The notes below the pieces were generated by a model. That model was not told where the DNA came from. It made no database searches and saw only the letters and a program-made list of their open reading frames with translations. A stretch of DNA of 32,000 nucleotides, taken from the NCBI RefSeq assembly GCF_003367075.2, contig NZ_CP065936.1:210001-242000 (forward strand). Direction: 5' to 3'. The translations under genes were made by a program, and so were the position numbers. Origin of the DNA: Cylindrospermopsis raciborskii Cr2010 (GTDB lineage: Bacteria; Cyanobacteriota; Cyanobacteriia; Cyanobacteriales; Nostocaceae). Shown piece by piece: positions 8,580 through 18,068 of this stretch; the stretch's first letter is position 1; every line of letters starts with the position of its first letter.

Positions 8580-10007
8580 CTATGCTAACTGAGCAATTTC
8601 TGCTTCCATGGTCTTAGCAATCTCACCCAGTTTTTCTGGGGAGTTGGTTTCTATATAAACTCTGACCAGGGGTTCTGTACCTGATGGACGCAATAGGATC
8701 CAACTACCCTCTGCTAAATACAGTTTAATTCCATCCTTTCTACCTACTTCCTTAACGCTAATACCAGCTACTTGGGAAGGGGGATTTTGGGTGTAGGATT
8801 TAATTACAGCATTTTTGTGAGCTTCCGTTAGGTGTAAGTCTAAGCGGTTGTTGTATAGCGGTCCATCCGCTTCTGCTATGGCTTCCTGAACTAATTGACT
8901 TAATGGTTTACCCTCGTATGCTATAGCTTCTGCTACTAGCATATCAGCTAATACACCATCCTTTTCCGGAATATGCCCAATCACACTTAAACCACCGGAC
9001 TCTTCACCTCCAATTAACACGGTGGTTTCCCGCATTTTTTCGCCTATGTACTTAAAACCCACAGCGGTTTCATAAATTGGCAAACCATATTTGGCTGCAA
9101 AATTATCTAATAGGTGGGTAGTCGCTACGGTTCGCACTATGGCACCACTTTTACCTTTGTTTTTGATTAAATGTCTGGCTAAAACCAATAATACTGTATT
9201 GGGGGTCAGCACGTTACCCAGCTCATCTACAATCCCAAAGCGATCGCTATCACCATCCGTTGCTAAACCTAAATCAGCTTTGTCGTTTTTAACAGCTTCC
9301 ACTAGTTCTACCAGTTGGTCACCTTTAGGTTCTGGCATACCCCCGCCAAATAACACATCTCTCCAGGTGTGGAAACTTTCCAGTTGGGTTCCACAATACT
9401 GCAATACCTCGTCTAAATAACCACGGGATGTGGAATACAGGGCATCATATTTAACCTTTAAATTGGCACTCCTAATTTTTTCTACGTCCAGTAATTTGTA
9501 GATGAAATCAAGGTAAGCAGGTTTAGGATCAAAGGTGGAAATTGTGCCTGATGGATTAGATCCCGGTAATTCGTCCGATGCCGTTTCTATATTGGCGACA
9601 ATCGTATCCGTAATTTCTGGGGTAGCTGGACCTGCATAATCTGGTATGTATTTAATTCCACAATAGGGAGCTGGATTATGACTAGCGGTAAACATCAAAG
9701 CACCTGCGGAATTCAGATGTTTTGCATTGTAAGCTATGACTGGTGTTGGACAGTCTCGAACGGTAATTTTCACATTCCAACCTAAATCGGCCAAGACTGC
9801 TCCGGAGGTTCTGGCAAACTCATCAGCGAGAAATCTTGTGTCGTAGGCGATTAAAACAGGTCTACTCTTATCGTAGGCAGTTTCCAGATAGGCTGCTATT
9901 GCTCTAGTTACTTTTCTAACATTAGAAAAGGTAAAATCATCGGCAATAATTCCCCGCCATCCGTCTGTACCAAATTTGATTTTACCAGAATTGCTAGGAT
10001 TACTCAT
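8580..10007 (-). CDS. Alpha-D-phosphohexomutase family protein (phosphoglucomutase/phosphomannomutase type)
   Basis: 475 aa. It has the catalytic phosphoserine loop FTASHNP, the metal loop ATDGDSDRFG, the sugar loop GGEESGG and the phosphate-binding RPSGTEP. Confidence 0.9.
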   Translation of the reverse strand: MSNPSNSGKIKFGTDGWRGIIADDFTFSNVRKVTRAIAAYLETAYDKSRPVLIAYDTRFLADEFARTSGAVLADLGWNVKITVRDCPTPVIAYNAKHLNSAGALMFTASHNPAPYCGIKYIPDYAGPATPEITDTIVANIETASDELPGSNPSGTISTFDPKPAYLDFIYKLLDVEKIRSANLKVKYDALYSTSRGYLDEVLQYCGTQLESFHTWRDVLFGGGMPEPKGDQLVELVEAVKNDKADLGLATDGDSDRFGIVDELGNVLTPNTVLLVLARHLIKNKGKSGAIVRTVATTHLLDNFAAKYGLPIYETAVGFKYIGEKMRETTVLIGGEESGGLSVIGHIPEKDGVLADMLVAEAIAYEGKPLSQLVQEAIAEADGPLYNNRLDLHLTEAHKNAVIKSYTQNPPSQVAGISVKEVGRKDGIKLYLAEGSWILLRPSGTEPLVRVYIETNSPEKLGEIAKTMEAEIAQLA

Positions 10008-10015
10008 TTTACTAC

Positions 10016-10042
10016 TCTCTCTTGTAGATTATGATTACTCTA
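10016..10042. repeat. Left copy of a 27/29-nt direct duplication flanking the hairpin element
   Basis: TCTCTCTTGTAGATTATGATTACTCTA (10016-10042) recurs as TCTCTCTGTTGTAGATTATGATTACTCTA at 10121-10149. The two are identical apart from a 2-nt GT insertion. Confidence 0.85.
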
Positions 10043-10063
10043 AGTAGGGAGGCACAATTATGT

Positions 10064-10118
10064 GTAGGATGGGTTTGACCCATGCGGGCGTTGGGTTTCA
10101 TACTTCAACCCAACCTAC
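10064..10118. repeat. Small hairpin-forming dispersed repeat (SDR/MITE-like) with 12-nt imperfect terminal inverted repeats
   Basis: GTAGGATGGGTT (10064-10075) matches the reverse complement of AACCCAACCTAC (10107-10118) at 11/12. Internal hairpins are ATGGGT-ttg-ACCCAT (10069-10083) and GTTGGGTT-tcatacttc-AACCCAAC (10090-10114). The right half recurs at 5679-5707. Confidence 0.65.
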
Positions 10119-10120
10119 GT

Positions 10121-10149
10121 TCTCTCTGTTGTAGATTATGATTACTCTA
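10121..10149. repeat. Right copy of the 27/29-nt direct duplication
   Basis: See 10016-10042. The two copies bracket 78 nt that contain the hairpin element. Confidence 0.85.
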
Positions 10150-10175
10150 CTGTTCTTGATTATTTCAGATGTTGA

Positions 10176-11900
10176 TCAAACCATTCCATTGGGACTGACA
10201 TTTTCTTCCTGGTCTTTATGCTCTGAGAATTCTATGGGTGGTAATTCCTTGAGGATGGTAAACCGAATGTGGTTAATGGCTAATTCACCAATGGATAACT
10301 CTTCCTTGGTTAATCTTTGACCATTGCTGCTTATGGTTTCAAAGGAAACCCCTTTACCAATTTCAATATGGTACCAACATAAACCCATGAAAAATCTGGT
10401 GGGGTAGGGACCATAATCTCCAATGTCGTCTGGATTGGATTCCATGGGTAACCAACCAAAATTGGGAATGTAAAACTCTAACCACACGTGATTAAAGTCC
10501 GGTTGCAGGGGAACGCCTTTTAATTCTGGGTAGGGTGGACATTTATATCTACCCACTGTGCGACAGGGAATGCCATTTAAACGACATAAAGCTAGTAATA
10601 CACCTACGTATTCTCCACAGGAACCAACTCCTCGATCTAGCACTATATCGGGTGTGTCTATATGGGGCTTAATTCCGTATGATAGCTCATCATAAACGTA
10701 GTTACGAATGCTATACATTTTGCGCAGTAGGTTGGTTTCTGAACCCACAGCTTCATGAGCAGCACGCCGCACGATGACCGTATTCATCGCTAAATCGTCG
10801 TCATCTACTAAATAGCGTGTTTGTAATTCCAAGGTCGGTTCTGGTATTTCTTCCGTATCTTTGGGAGTAATACGATACTTAATACCTCGTACTTCCAATA
10901 GTGCCTTCCAACCAAATATATGCCTTTCGCCGGGAACAAGGGTATCAAATTTGAACACTGCAATCCTTTGTCCGGAAATTACCTCTTCGGTGAAGGGTAG
11001 ACCAATGGGCTCTACCTGTTTGACTTTTTGCCTTTCAGTTTCCGATGGGAGTGCAATACGCCATTCAATATCGGTTAAGTAAACTTCTTCTAGGGGAGCA
11101 ATTTCTTCAACATAGGACATTTCCACCAAATAACCATTAGATAGTCCATAGCGTTTATCTGAATCATAATGATAGTGCAATGGATGAATAAAGGTTACGT
11201 CCCGATAGGTTAATTCGTGATTAGGATCAGCATTAGGGTTGTCACGAATGTAAGGCTCCTCCAAAGAATAGGAGACGTATAAAATATCTTTATCTGTATG
11301 GTCTTGATGGTATATGGCAATACCAGTTGGGGATGCAAAGGGAGTAAGGACACTAAAACGAACTTCTCCAGTAGCCCGATCCATTGAGTAGACAGTTTGT
11401 TCCGTGCGATCGCATATCCAAAGGGTTTCCTGACTGACTGCTAAATTTTGTTTACCTACTCCAGGGGCGTAGAATCGGGTAATTTCTTTACGTGTGTCTC
11501 TGTCAAAAATCAGGATATAACCCATTCTCTGACAGCTAATATAAACAGTGGCATCCCAAACAGCAATGCCATCAGCATTATATGGTAGGGTGGCAAAATG
11601 TTCCAAACCCAGGGAGTTTAGTTTACATAAATAGACGCTATTACCACGGGTAACCCAAAGGGTGTCTTCCCAAACTGCTAAACCGGTGACATCAGTAAAT
11701 TCTTTTACCTGGTGAGGATTGAGAATTTTACTATTGTCGGAAACCGGGTCAATTTGGAGTAAATGTCCCTTGAGGGAGTCAATGGCAAGGAGTTGATCTT
11801 TAATAAAAGCGATACCATAGATGGTAGCAGCAGTCACTGGTCGAATTGTTTTTTGCCCAAACATCTGGCTAACATTGAAATTAGGGAGTATCAAACTCAT
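10176..11900 (-). CDS. Transglutaminase-like cysteine-protease-fold protein with an N-terminal beta-propeller-like region
   Basis: 574 aa. The C-terminal core has GVGSCGEYVGVLLALCRLNGIPCR (Cys), FNHVWLEFY (His) and GWLPMESNPDD (acidic), the transglutaminase-like triad pattern. N-terminal residues of about 20-215 show repeated strand-rich units (IYGIAF, GLAVWEDTLWV, GIAVWDATVYIS, LAVSQETLWICD, GIAIY) typical of propeller blades. Confidence 0.85.
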   Translation of the reverse strand: MSLILPNFNVSQMFGQKTIRPVTAATIYGIAFIKDQLLAIDSLKGHLLQIDPVSDNSKILNPHQVKEFTDVTGLAVWEDTLWVTRGNSVYLCKLNSLGLEHFATLPYNADGIAVWDATVYISCQRMGYILIFDRDTRKEITRFYAPGVGKQNLAVSQETLWICDRTEQTVYSMDRATGEVRFSVLTPFASPTGIAIYHQDHTDKDILYVSYSLEEPYIRDNPNADPNHELTYRDVTFIHPLHYHYDSDKRYGLSNGYLVEMSYVEEIAPLEEVYLTDIEWRIALPSETERQKVKQVEPIGLPFTEEVISGQRIAVFKFDTLVPGERHIFGWKALLEVRGIKYRITPKDTEEIPEPTLELQTRYLVDDDDLAMNTVIVRRAAHEAVGSETNLLRKMYSIRNYVYDELSYGIKPHIDTPDIVLDRGVGSCGEYVGVLLALCRLNGIPCRTVGRYKCPPYPELKGVPLQPDFNHVWLEFYIPNFGWLPMESNPDDIGDYGPYPTRFFMGLCWYHIEIGKGVSFETISSNGQRLTKEELSIGELAINHIRFTILKELPPIEFSEHKDQEENVSPNGMV

Positions 11901-12052
11901 ATTATTCCGTCATATTATTCATATTATTTTATTGGTGGTCTCCACTGTTTACAGTAACTAGTCACCAATGAGGTATTTGATGGAATTTCTGCCATCACTC
12001 AATTATGATCGAATTTTGTAACCATTTCCCGTAACTTACACAAACTTACACA

Positions 12053-14914
12053 ATGTCTGCCCATTCTTTGCCTGAAGATGCCGCAGTTTGGCATAGTTTA
12101 GAGATAGATAAAGCTTTAGAGCTGCTTGATAGTAATGCTGATGATGGCTTAACACCATCCCAAGTTGAAGAACGTTTACTCAAGTATGGTTCTAATGAAC
12201 TGGAAGAACACGGTGGACGTAGTCCCTGGCAAATTCTCCTCGACCAGTTCACTAACATCATGTTGTTGATGCTGATTGGTGTGGCCTTCATTTCTGGTTT
12301 TTTGGACTTTTTGTCCCTACAACAGGGGACCTTAAAGTTAGGGGAAGTTCCTTTTAAAGATACAATTGCAATTATGGCAATTGTGATTCTTAATGGTGTA
12401 CTTGGATATGTCCAAGAAAGCCGAGCAGAAAAAGCTTTAGCAGCTTTGAAAAAGCTATCATCTCCCTCAGTGCGTGTACTTCGCAATGGCAAATTAGCGG
12501 ATATAGCAGGGAAAGACCTTGTACCCGGTGATGTGATGTTGCTGGAAGCAGGAGTGCAGGTAGCTGCTGATGGACGTTTACTGGAACAGTCAAACCTGCA
12601 AATCAGAGAGTCCGCCCTGACCGGTGAAGCTGAAGCAGTAAGTAAACAAGCTGTACTTACCTTGCCTAAAGATGCTGCATTGGGCGATCGCCTAAATTTA
12701 GTTTTTCAAGGAACAGAGGTAGTTCAAGGTCGTGCCAAGGTTGTGGTCACTAATACTGGGATGACAACAGAGCTGGGAAAAATAGCTGCTATGCTCCAAT
12801 CGGTGGATAGTGAACCTACCCCTTTACAGCAGCGCATGACCCAATTGGGTAATGTGTTAGTCACCGGTTCTTTAGTATTAGTAGGGATTGTTGTCCTAAC
12901 TGGCATCATCCAAGCGCGTGGTTTTAGTAACATACAAGAACTGCTGGAAGTATCCCTCAGCATGGCAGTAGCAGTAGTCCCAGAAGGTTTACCTGCGGTA
13001 ATTACCGTAACTCTGGCTTTGGGGACTCAACGCATGGTCCGTCATCATGCTTTAATTCGCAAACTCCCAGCAGTGGAAACCTTAGGATCGGTAACCACTA
13101 TCTGTTCCGATAAAACCGGGACTTTAACTCAAAACAAAATGGTGGTGCAGTCCGTTTACACTAATCAAAAAGGTTTTAGAGTTACAGGGGAAGGTTATGC
13201 TCCCGTGGGTGATTTTCAATTAAAAGGGCAGAATATTGATTTAGAAGACCATCCAGAAATATCTGGTTTATTAGTGGCCTGTGCTGTATGTAATGACTCC
13301 GTACTACAAAAGGAAGCTGGAGAATGGGCAATTTTGGGAGACCCCACTGAAGGAGCTTTAATGACCTTGGCGGGGAAAGCTAGTATTGAAAGAGATCAGT
13401 GGAATAGCAAATTACCCCGGGTGTCTGAGTTTCCCTTTTCTTCTGAACGCAAACGCATGAGCGTGATCTCCCAAATACAGGAAGTGGCCACTGGTAATCC
13501 TGGCATTAGTGGTGTTGACCCCATAATAGCTGGATTTGTCAGTTCAGAACCCTATTTAATGTTCACTAAAGGTTCCCCAGAATTAACTTTGGCTCGCTGT
13601 AATCAAATTTACTTGGGTAATGGCAGTTTTCCCATAGAAGAGGAGCAACGTAGTCAAATTCTGATTGCCAATGATCAAATGGCTTCCCAGGGTTTACGAG
13701 TTCTGGGTTTGGCCTATAAACCTTTGAAGGAAATCCCACCAGAAGCATCCGAGGATACCTCAGAAAATGAGTTGGTGTGGTTAGGTTTAGTGGGTATGTT
13801 GGATGCACCCCGCCCAGAAGTACGTGCAGCTGTCGCAGAATGTCGTCAAGCTGGAATTCGCCCCATTATGATTACTGGTGACCATCAGTTAACTGCACGG
13901 GCGATCGCTGTGGATCTGGGTATTGCTGATAAGGATGCTAGGGTGGTTACCGGTCAAGATTTACAACGGATGAGTGACCAGGAAATAGAAGACCAGGTAG
14001 ATTTAGTCAGCATTTACGCTAGAGTTTCTCCCGAACATAAATTGCGAATTGTTCAAGCATTGCAAAGACGCGGTAGATTTGTGGCCATGACAGGTGATGG
14101 GGTTAATGACGCTCCTGCTCTTAAACAAGCTGATATTGGTATTGCGATGGGCATTACTGGTACAGATGTGAGCAAGGAAGCTAGCGATATGGTGTTGTTG
14201 GATGACAACTTTGCTACCATAGTAGCAGCTACTAAAGAAGGTAGAGTGGTTTATACGAATATTAGAAGGTTTATTAAGTACATTTTGGGCAGTAATATCG
14301 GTGAGGTTCTCACCATTGCAGCAGCACCAATTTTGGGTTTGGGAGGTGTTCCCCTCACCCCTTTACAAATTCTGTGGATGAACCTGGTAACTGATGGTCT
14401 ACCAGCTTTGGCTTTAGCTGTGGAACCCCCGGAACCGGATGTGATGCAGCGCCCCCCCTTTAGTCCCCGGGAAAGTATTTTTGCCAGAGGACTGGGATCT
14501 TACATGGTTCGCATTGGCATTGTATTTGCCATCATCACTATTATCCTGATGGAATGGGCTTATTTCCATGTTAAGTCCGCAACGGGAGATGGTCTGAGTC
14601 CTGAACGCTGGAAAACTATGGTTTTTACCTCTTTGTGTATCGCCCAAATGGGCCATGCGATCGCCATTCGTTCTAATAACCAACTGACAATTGAAATGAA
14701 TCCCCTATCCAATATATTTGTGTTAGGAGCAGTAATTGCAACAACTATTTTACAGTTGTTATTAATCTATGTTCCACCTCTGAGGGATTTCTTTGGTACC
14801 CATTATTTACCTTTAGATGAACTATTTATCTGTATAGGGTTTAGTGCCTTAATGTTTGTTTGGGTTGAGTGCGAAAAAATATTCTTCCGGGTTATGGGTA
14901 AGAAGAATGTTTAA
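12053..14914 (+). CDS. pacL: P-type (type IIA, SERCA/PacL-like) calcium-translocating ATPase
   Basis: 953 aa. It has TGEA, the phosphorylation site [40 protein letters not shown] and the PEGLP ion-site motif. The length and termini fit cyanobacterial PacL. Confidence 0.9.
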   Translation: MSAHSLPEDAAVWHSLEIDKALELLDSNADDGLTPSQVEERLLKYGSNELEEHGGRSPWQILLDQFTNIMLLMLIGVAFISGFLDFLSLQQGTLKLGEVPFKDTIAIMAIVILNGVLGYVQESRAEKALAALKKLSSPSVRVLRNGKLADIAGKDLVPGDVMLLEAGVQVAADGRLLEQSNLQIRESALTGEAEAVSKQAVLTLPKDAALGDRLNLVFQGTEVVQGRAKVVVTNTGMTTELGKIAAMLQSVDSEPTPLQQRMTQLGNVLVTGSLVLVGIVVLTGIIQARGFSNIQELLEVSLSMAVAVVPEGLPAVITVTLALGTQRMVRHHALIRKLPAVETLGSVTTICSDKTGTLTQNKMVVQSVYTNQKGFRVTGEGYAPVGDFQLKGQNIDLEDHPEISGLLVACAVCNDSVLQKEAGEWAILGDPTEGALMTLAGKASIERDQWNSKLPRVSEFPFSSERKRMSVISQIQEVATGNPGISGVDPIIAGFVSSEPYLMFTKGSPELTLARCNQIYLGNGSFPIEEEQRSQILIANDQMASQGLRVLGLAYKPLKEIPPEASEDTSENELVWLGLVGMLDAPRPEVRAAVAECRQAGIRPIMITGDHQLTARAIAVDLGIADKDARVVTGQDLQRMSDQEIEDQVDLVSIYARVSPEHKLRIVQALQRRGRFVAMTGDGVNDAPALKQADIGIAMGITGTDVSKEASDMVLLDDNFATIVAATKEGRVVYTNIRRFIKYILGSNIGEVLTIAAAPILGLGGVPLTPLQILWMNLVTDGLPALALAVEPPEPDVMQRPPFSPRESIFARGLGSYMVRIGIVFAIITIILMEWAYFHVKSATGDGLSPERWKTMVFTSLCIAQMGHAIAIRSNNQLTIEMNPLSNIFVLGAVIATTILQLLLIYVPPLRDFFGTHYLPLDELFICIGFSALMFVWVECEKIFFRVMGKKNV

Positions 14915-14961
14915 CAGTTAATTGGGGGAATGGGGAAATGGGTTAAATCTTCCATATCAAA

Positions 14962-16071
14962 ATGTATTTACAATCTTTAGAGCTGCGACATTTTCGCAAT
15001 TATCAGGAACAAAAAGTTGAGTTTACAGCACCGAAAACCATCTTAGTTGGTAATAATGCCCAGGGAAAATCTAATTTATTGGAGTCAGTGGAGTTATTGG
15101 CCACATTAAGATCCCATCGTTTGGGTAAGGATCGTGATTTTATTCAGGAGGGTGCAGAAATAGCACAAGTCAGTGCGATATTAGAAAGAATAACGGGAGT
15201 CAATGATTTAACCTTACATTTGCGTCGAAATGGTCGTCGCAGCGTGGCTATAAATGGAGAGAAAGTTCGCAGACAAATGGATTTTCTGGGTATTTTAAAT
15301 GCCGTAGAATTTTCTAGTTTAGACTTAGAATTAGTGAGGGGTAGTCCCGCCATTCGTCGGACTTGGTTAGACACTCTCTTAGTGCAGTTGGAACCCGTAT
15401 ATGCCCATATCTTGCATCAATATAACCAGGTCCTGCGTCAACGTAATGCATTTTTAAAAACCAGTCAACAGACGGGAATCAAAAATCATGATTCTGAATT
15501 AGCAATTTGGGACGCCCAGTTAGTCACTACGGGAACAAAAGTTATGAGAAGGCGAAATAGGGCAATTCAGAGACTAGCACCCATTGCGACAGATTGGCAT
15601 TCGAGTATTAGCGGTAAAACGGAAAAACTACAAATCAACTATATGCCCAATGTACCAATACCAATAGATGAAGAATTACCACATTTTTTTTTGGACAGAG
15701 TGCAACAGCATTCTCCTATAGAATTACATCGGGGTACAACTTTAGTTGGACCTCACCGAGATGAAATAGAATTAATAGTTAATGGAACTCCCGCTCGTCA
15801 ATATGCTTCCCAAGGTCAGCAGCGTACATTGGTTTTAGCGTTAAAATTGGCGGAACTACAGTTAATTGAAGAAGTGGTTAATGATACTCCTTTACTATTA
15901 TTGGATGATGTGTTGGCAGAATTAGATCTTTCGCGCCAAAATCAATTATTGGATGCTATTCAAGATCGGTTTCAGACTTTAATTACGACCACTCATTTGG
16001 GAGCATTTGATGCCCAATGGCTAAATTCTTCACAAATTCTCTTTGTCAAATCCGGAACAATTTCTAAATAA
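14962..16071 (+). CDS. recF: DNA replication/repair protein RecF
   Basis: MYLQSLELRHFRNY..., the Walker A GNNAQGKSN, the signature SQGQQRTLVLALKLAE and the Walker B LLLLDDVLAELD. Confidence 0.92.
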   Translation: MYLQSLELRHFRNYQEQKVEFTAPKTILVGNNAQGKSNLLESVELLATLRSHRLGKDRDFIQEGAEIAQVSAILERITGVNDLTLHLRRNGRRSVAINGEKVRRQMDFLGILNAVEFSSLDLELVRGSPAIRRTWLDTLLVQLEPVYAHILHQYNQVLRQRNAFLKTSQQTGIKNHDSELAIWDAQLVTTGTKVMRRRNRAIQRLAPIATDWHSSISGKTEKLQINYMPNVPIPIDEELPHFFLDRVQQHSPIELHRGTTLVGPHRDEIELIVNGTPARQYASQGQQRTLVLALKLAELQLIEEVVNDTPLLLLDDVLAELDLSRQNQLLDAIQDRFQTLITTTHLGAFDAQWLNSSQILFVKSGTISK

Positions 16072-16075
16072 TATA

Positions 16076-16438
16076 ATGGAAATCATTCAAAGTCTCCACA
16101 CCACCATACTGGTCACTGACTTAGAAAAGTCAGAACAATTTTATGGCACTATATTAGGACTGGCTAAAATTGAACGCCCCCTGAAATATCCAGGTGTATG
16201 GTATCAAATTGGTCACCATCAAATACATTTAATTCTTGCTCCATCTGTTCCTACTCAAAACCAAAATCACAAATGGAGTCTGAATCCCCATATAGCTTTC
16301 TCTGTTCTAGATTTGACCACAGCACAGCTAGAACTACAAAACCAGAATGTGACCTTTCAAACCAGCTCATCTGGTCGTCGCGCCATTTTTATCCAAGATC
16401 CAGATGGTAATATTGTTGAGCTGGCCCAAGCAGGATAA
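16076..16438 (+). CDS. VOC (glyoxalase/bleomycin-resistance/dioxygenase) family protein
   Basis: LHTTILVTDLEKSEQFYGTILGL...HIAFSV...IFIQDPDGNIVEL is the paired beta-alpha-beta-beta-beta VOC pattern. I chose ATG 16076, 5 nt after the recF stop, over the overlapping ATG 16043. Confidence 0.8.
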   Translation: MEIIQSLHTTILVTDLEKSEQFYGTILGLAKIERPLKYPGVWYQIGHHQIHLILAPSVPTQNQNHKWSLNPHIAFSVLDLTTAQLELQNQNVTFQTSSSGRRAIFIQDPDGNIVELAQAG

Positions 16439-16496
16439 TTCCTGGTAAAATGACTTTCTATCACAAATTTTTTATCCCCAAGGAATCCAGGAAATT

Positions 16497-18047
16497 ATGG
16501 CCCGTCTGGCATTAATAAGTGTATCTAATAAAACAGGTATAATTGACTTGGCCCGTACCTTAGTAGAGGAATTTCAGTTTGATATTGTTAGTAGTGGAGG
16601 AACAGCTAAAACCCTGAAGGAAGCTGGAATACCTGTCACTAAAGTGTCTGATTACACTGGATCTCCTGAAATATTAGGGGGACGAGTTAAAACTCTTCAT
16701 CCTCGTGTCCATGGTGGTATTTTGGCACAACGTGACATTCCTCAAGATATGATGGATCTGGAAAACAATCAAATTCATCCTATTGATCTGGTTGTTGTCA
16801 ATCTATATCCCTTTGAAGAAACTATTGCCCACTCTGATACCACCCTAACCCAAGCAGTAGAACAAATTGATATTGGGGGCCCAGCAATGTTGCGCGCTGC
16901 ATCAAAGAACTTTGCCCATGTAACGGTATTATGTAATCCTGAACAATATGGTAGTTATTTGCAGCAATTACGCGAAAATGCCTCTGTCTCTTGGGAATTT
17001 CGCCAAAAATGCGCCTTGCAGGGATTCTCGCACACAGCTAGTTATGATCATGCGATCGCAACTTATCTCTCAGAGAGAGAAAATCCCAGTTTATCTGAAA
17101 ATGACCTGACAGAAAACTACAGTATTGCGGGTAAGCGAATTCAAACCCTACGTTATGGTGAAAATCCTCATCAACCTGCAACCTGGTATGGGACAGGTAG
17201 TAAGCCAACTGGTTGGACTTCAGCAATAAAGTTGCAAGGTAAGGAACTTAGCTATAATAATTTAGTAGATTTAGAAGCTGCTAGACAAATTATTGCTGAA
17301 TTTACAGATCTGCCAGCAGCGACAATTATTAAACATAATAATCCCTGTGGAACTGCTGAAGCTGATACTATTTTTACTGCTTATCAAAATGCCTACAATG
17401 CTGATAGTGTATCGGCTTTTGGTGGAATTGTCGCCCTCAATCGCCCTATTGATACTCCAACTGCATTGGAACTAACTAAGACATTTCTAGAATGCGTAGT
17501 TGCTCCCGATTGTGATCAAGAAGCACAAGGGATTTTAAATAAAAAGGGTAATGTGCGAGTCTTAATTTTACCAGACCTATGGAGTGGACCAAAGGAAACA
17601 GTCAAAGCAATAGCAGGTGGTCTTCTAGTACAAACTGCTGATGATACAATTGCTGATAGTGCTAAATGGCAGGTTGTCACTAAAGTTAAACCTACTCCAG
17701 AAGAATTGGCAGAATTACTATTCGCTTGGAAAGTTTGCAAGCATGTCAAATCTAATGCTATTGTAATCAGTAAACAGAGAACCACTCTAGGTGTGGGTGC
17801 AGGCCAAATGAATCGGGTTGGTTCAACCAAAATAGCTCTAGAACAAGCGGGAGCAGGAACTAAAGGTGCTGTTTTAGCCAGTGATGGTTTTTTCCCCTTC
17901 GACGATACAGTGAGAACAGCTGCTGCTGCTGGTATTACTGCTATTGTGCAACCAGGAGGAAGTTTACGAGATCAAGATTCCATCAAAGCTGCTGACGAGC
18001 TTGGTTTATCAATGGTGATGACTGGTGTGAGGCATTTTTTGCATTAG
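16497..18047 (+). CDS. purH: Bifunctional AICAR transformylase / IMP cyclohydrolase
   Basis: 516 aa. MARLALISVSNKTGI, RVKTLHPRVHGGIL, VVVNLYPF, YGENPHQ and the C-terminal PGGSLRD...MVMTGVRHFLH are diagnostic PurH motifs. Confidence 0.95.
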   Translation: MARLALISVSNKTGIIDLARTLVEEFQFDIVSSGGTAKTLKEAGIPVTKVSDYTGSPEILGGRVKTLHPRVHGGILAQRDIPQDMMDLENNQIHPIDLVVVNLYPFEETIAHSDTTLTQAVEQIDIGGPAMLRAASKNFAHVTVLCNPEQYGSYLQQLRENASVSWEFRQKCALQGFSHTASYDHAIATYLSERENPSLSENDLTENYSIAGKRIQTLRYGENPHQPATWYGTGSKPTGWTSAIKLQGKELSYNNLVDLEAARQIIAEFTDLPAATIIKHNNPCGTAEADTIFTAYQNAYNADSVSAFGGIVALNRPIDTPTALELTKTFLECVVAPDCDQEAQGILNKKGNVRVLILPDLWSGPKETVKAIAGGLLVQTADDTIADSAKWQVVTKVKPTPEELAELLFAWKVCKHVKSNAIVISKQRTTLGVGAGQMNRVGSTKIALEQAGAGTKGAVLASDGFFPFDDTVRTAAAAGITAIVQPGGSLRDQDSIKAADELGLSMVMTGVRHFLH

Positions 18048-18068
18048 CATGACAAATAAAAATTAACA

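Noticed and set aside
12046-12492. 148-aa ORF antisense to the 5' end of pacL. Similar antisense ORFs lie at 1094-1348, 9091-9420, 17516-17830, 20766-21113, 21662-21919 and 22640-22894.
   Set aside because: Each lies entirely inside a strongly supported gene on the opposite strand. Their compositions are low-complexity, Ser/Cys/Leu-rich and typical of shadow frames, and they have no recognisable motifs.
14921-14950. STRR-like heptamer run (GGGGAAT GGGGAAAT GGGTTAAAT) between pacL and recF.
   Set aside because: There are only two to three degenerate units. This is too short to call a tandem-repeat array, and it is probably just G-rich spacer sequence.
16439-16496. Possible ZTP (pfl) riboswitch upstream of purH, prompted by the 7-bp inverted repeat TTCCTGG...CCAGGAA.
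   Set aside because: The intergenic region is only 58 nt and lacks the conserved ZTP core sequences and pseudoknot elements. The inverted repeat alone is not diagnostic, although it could occlude the SD.
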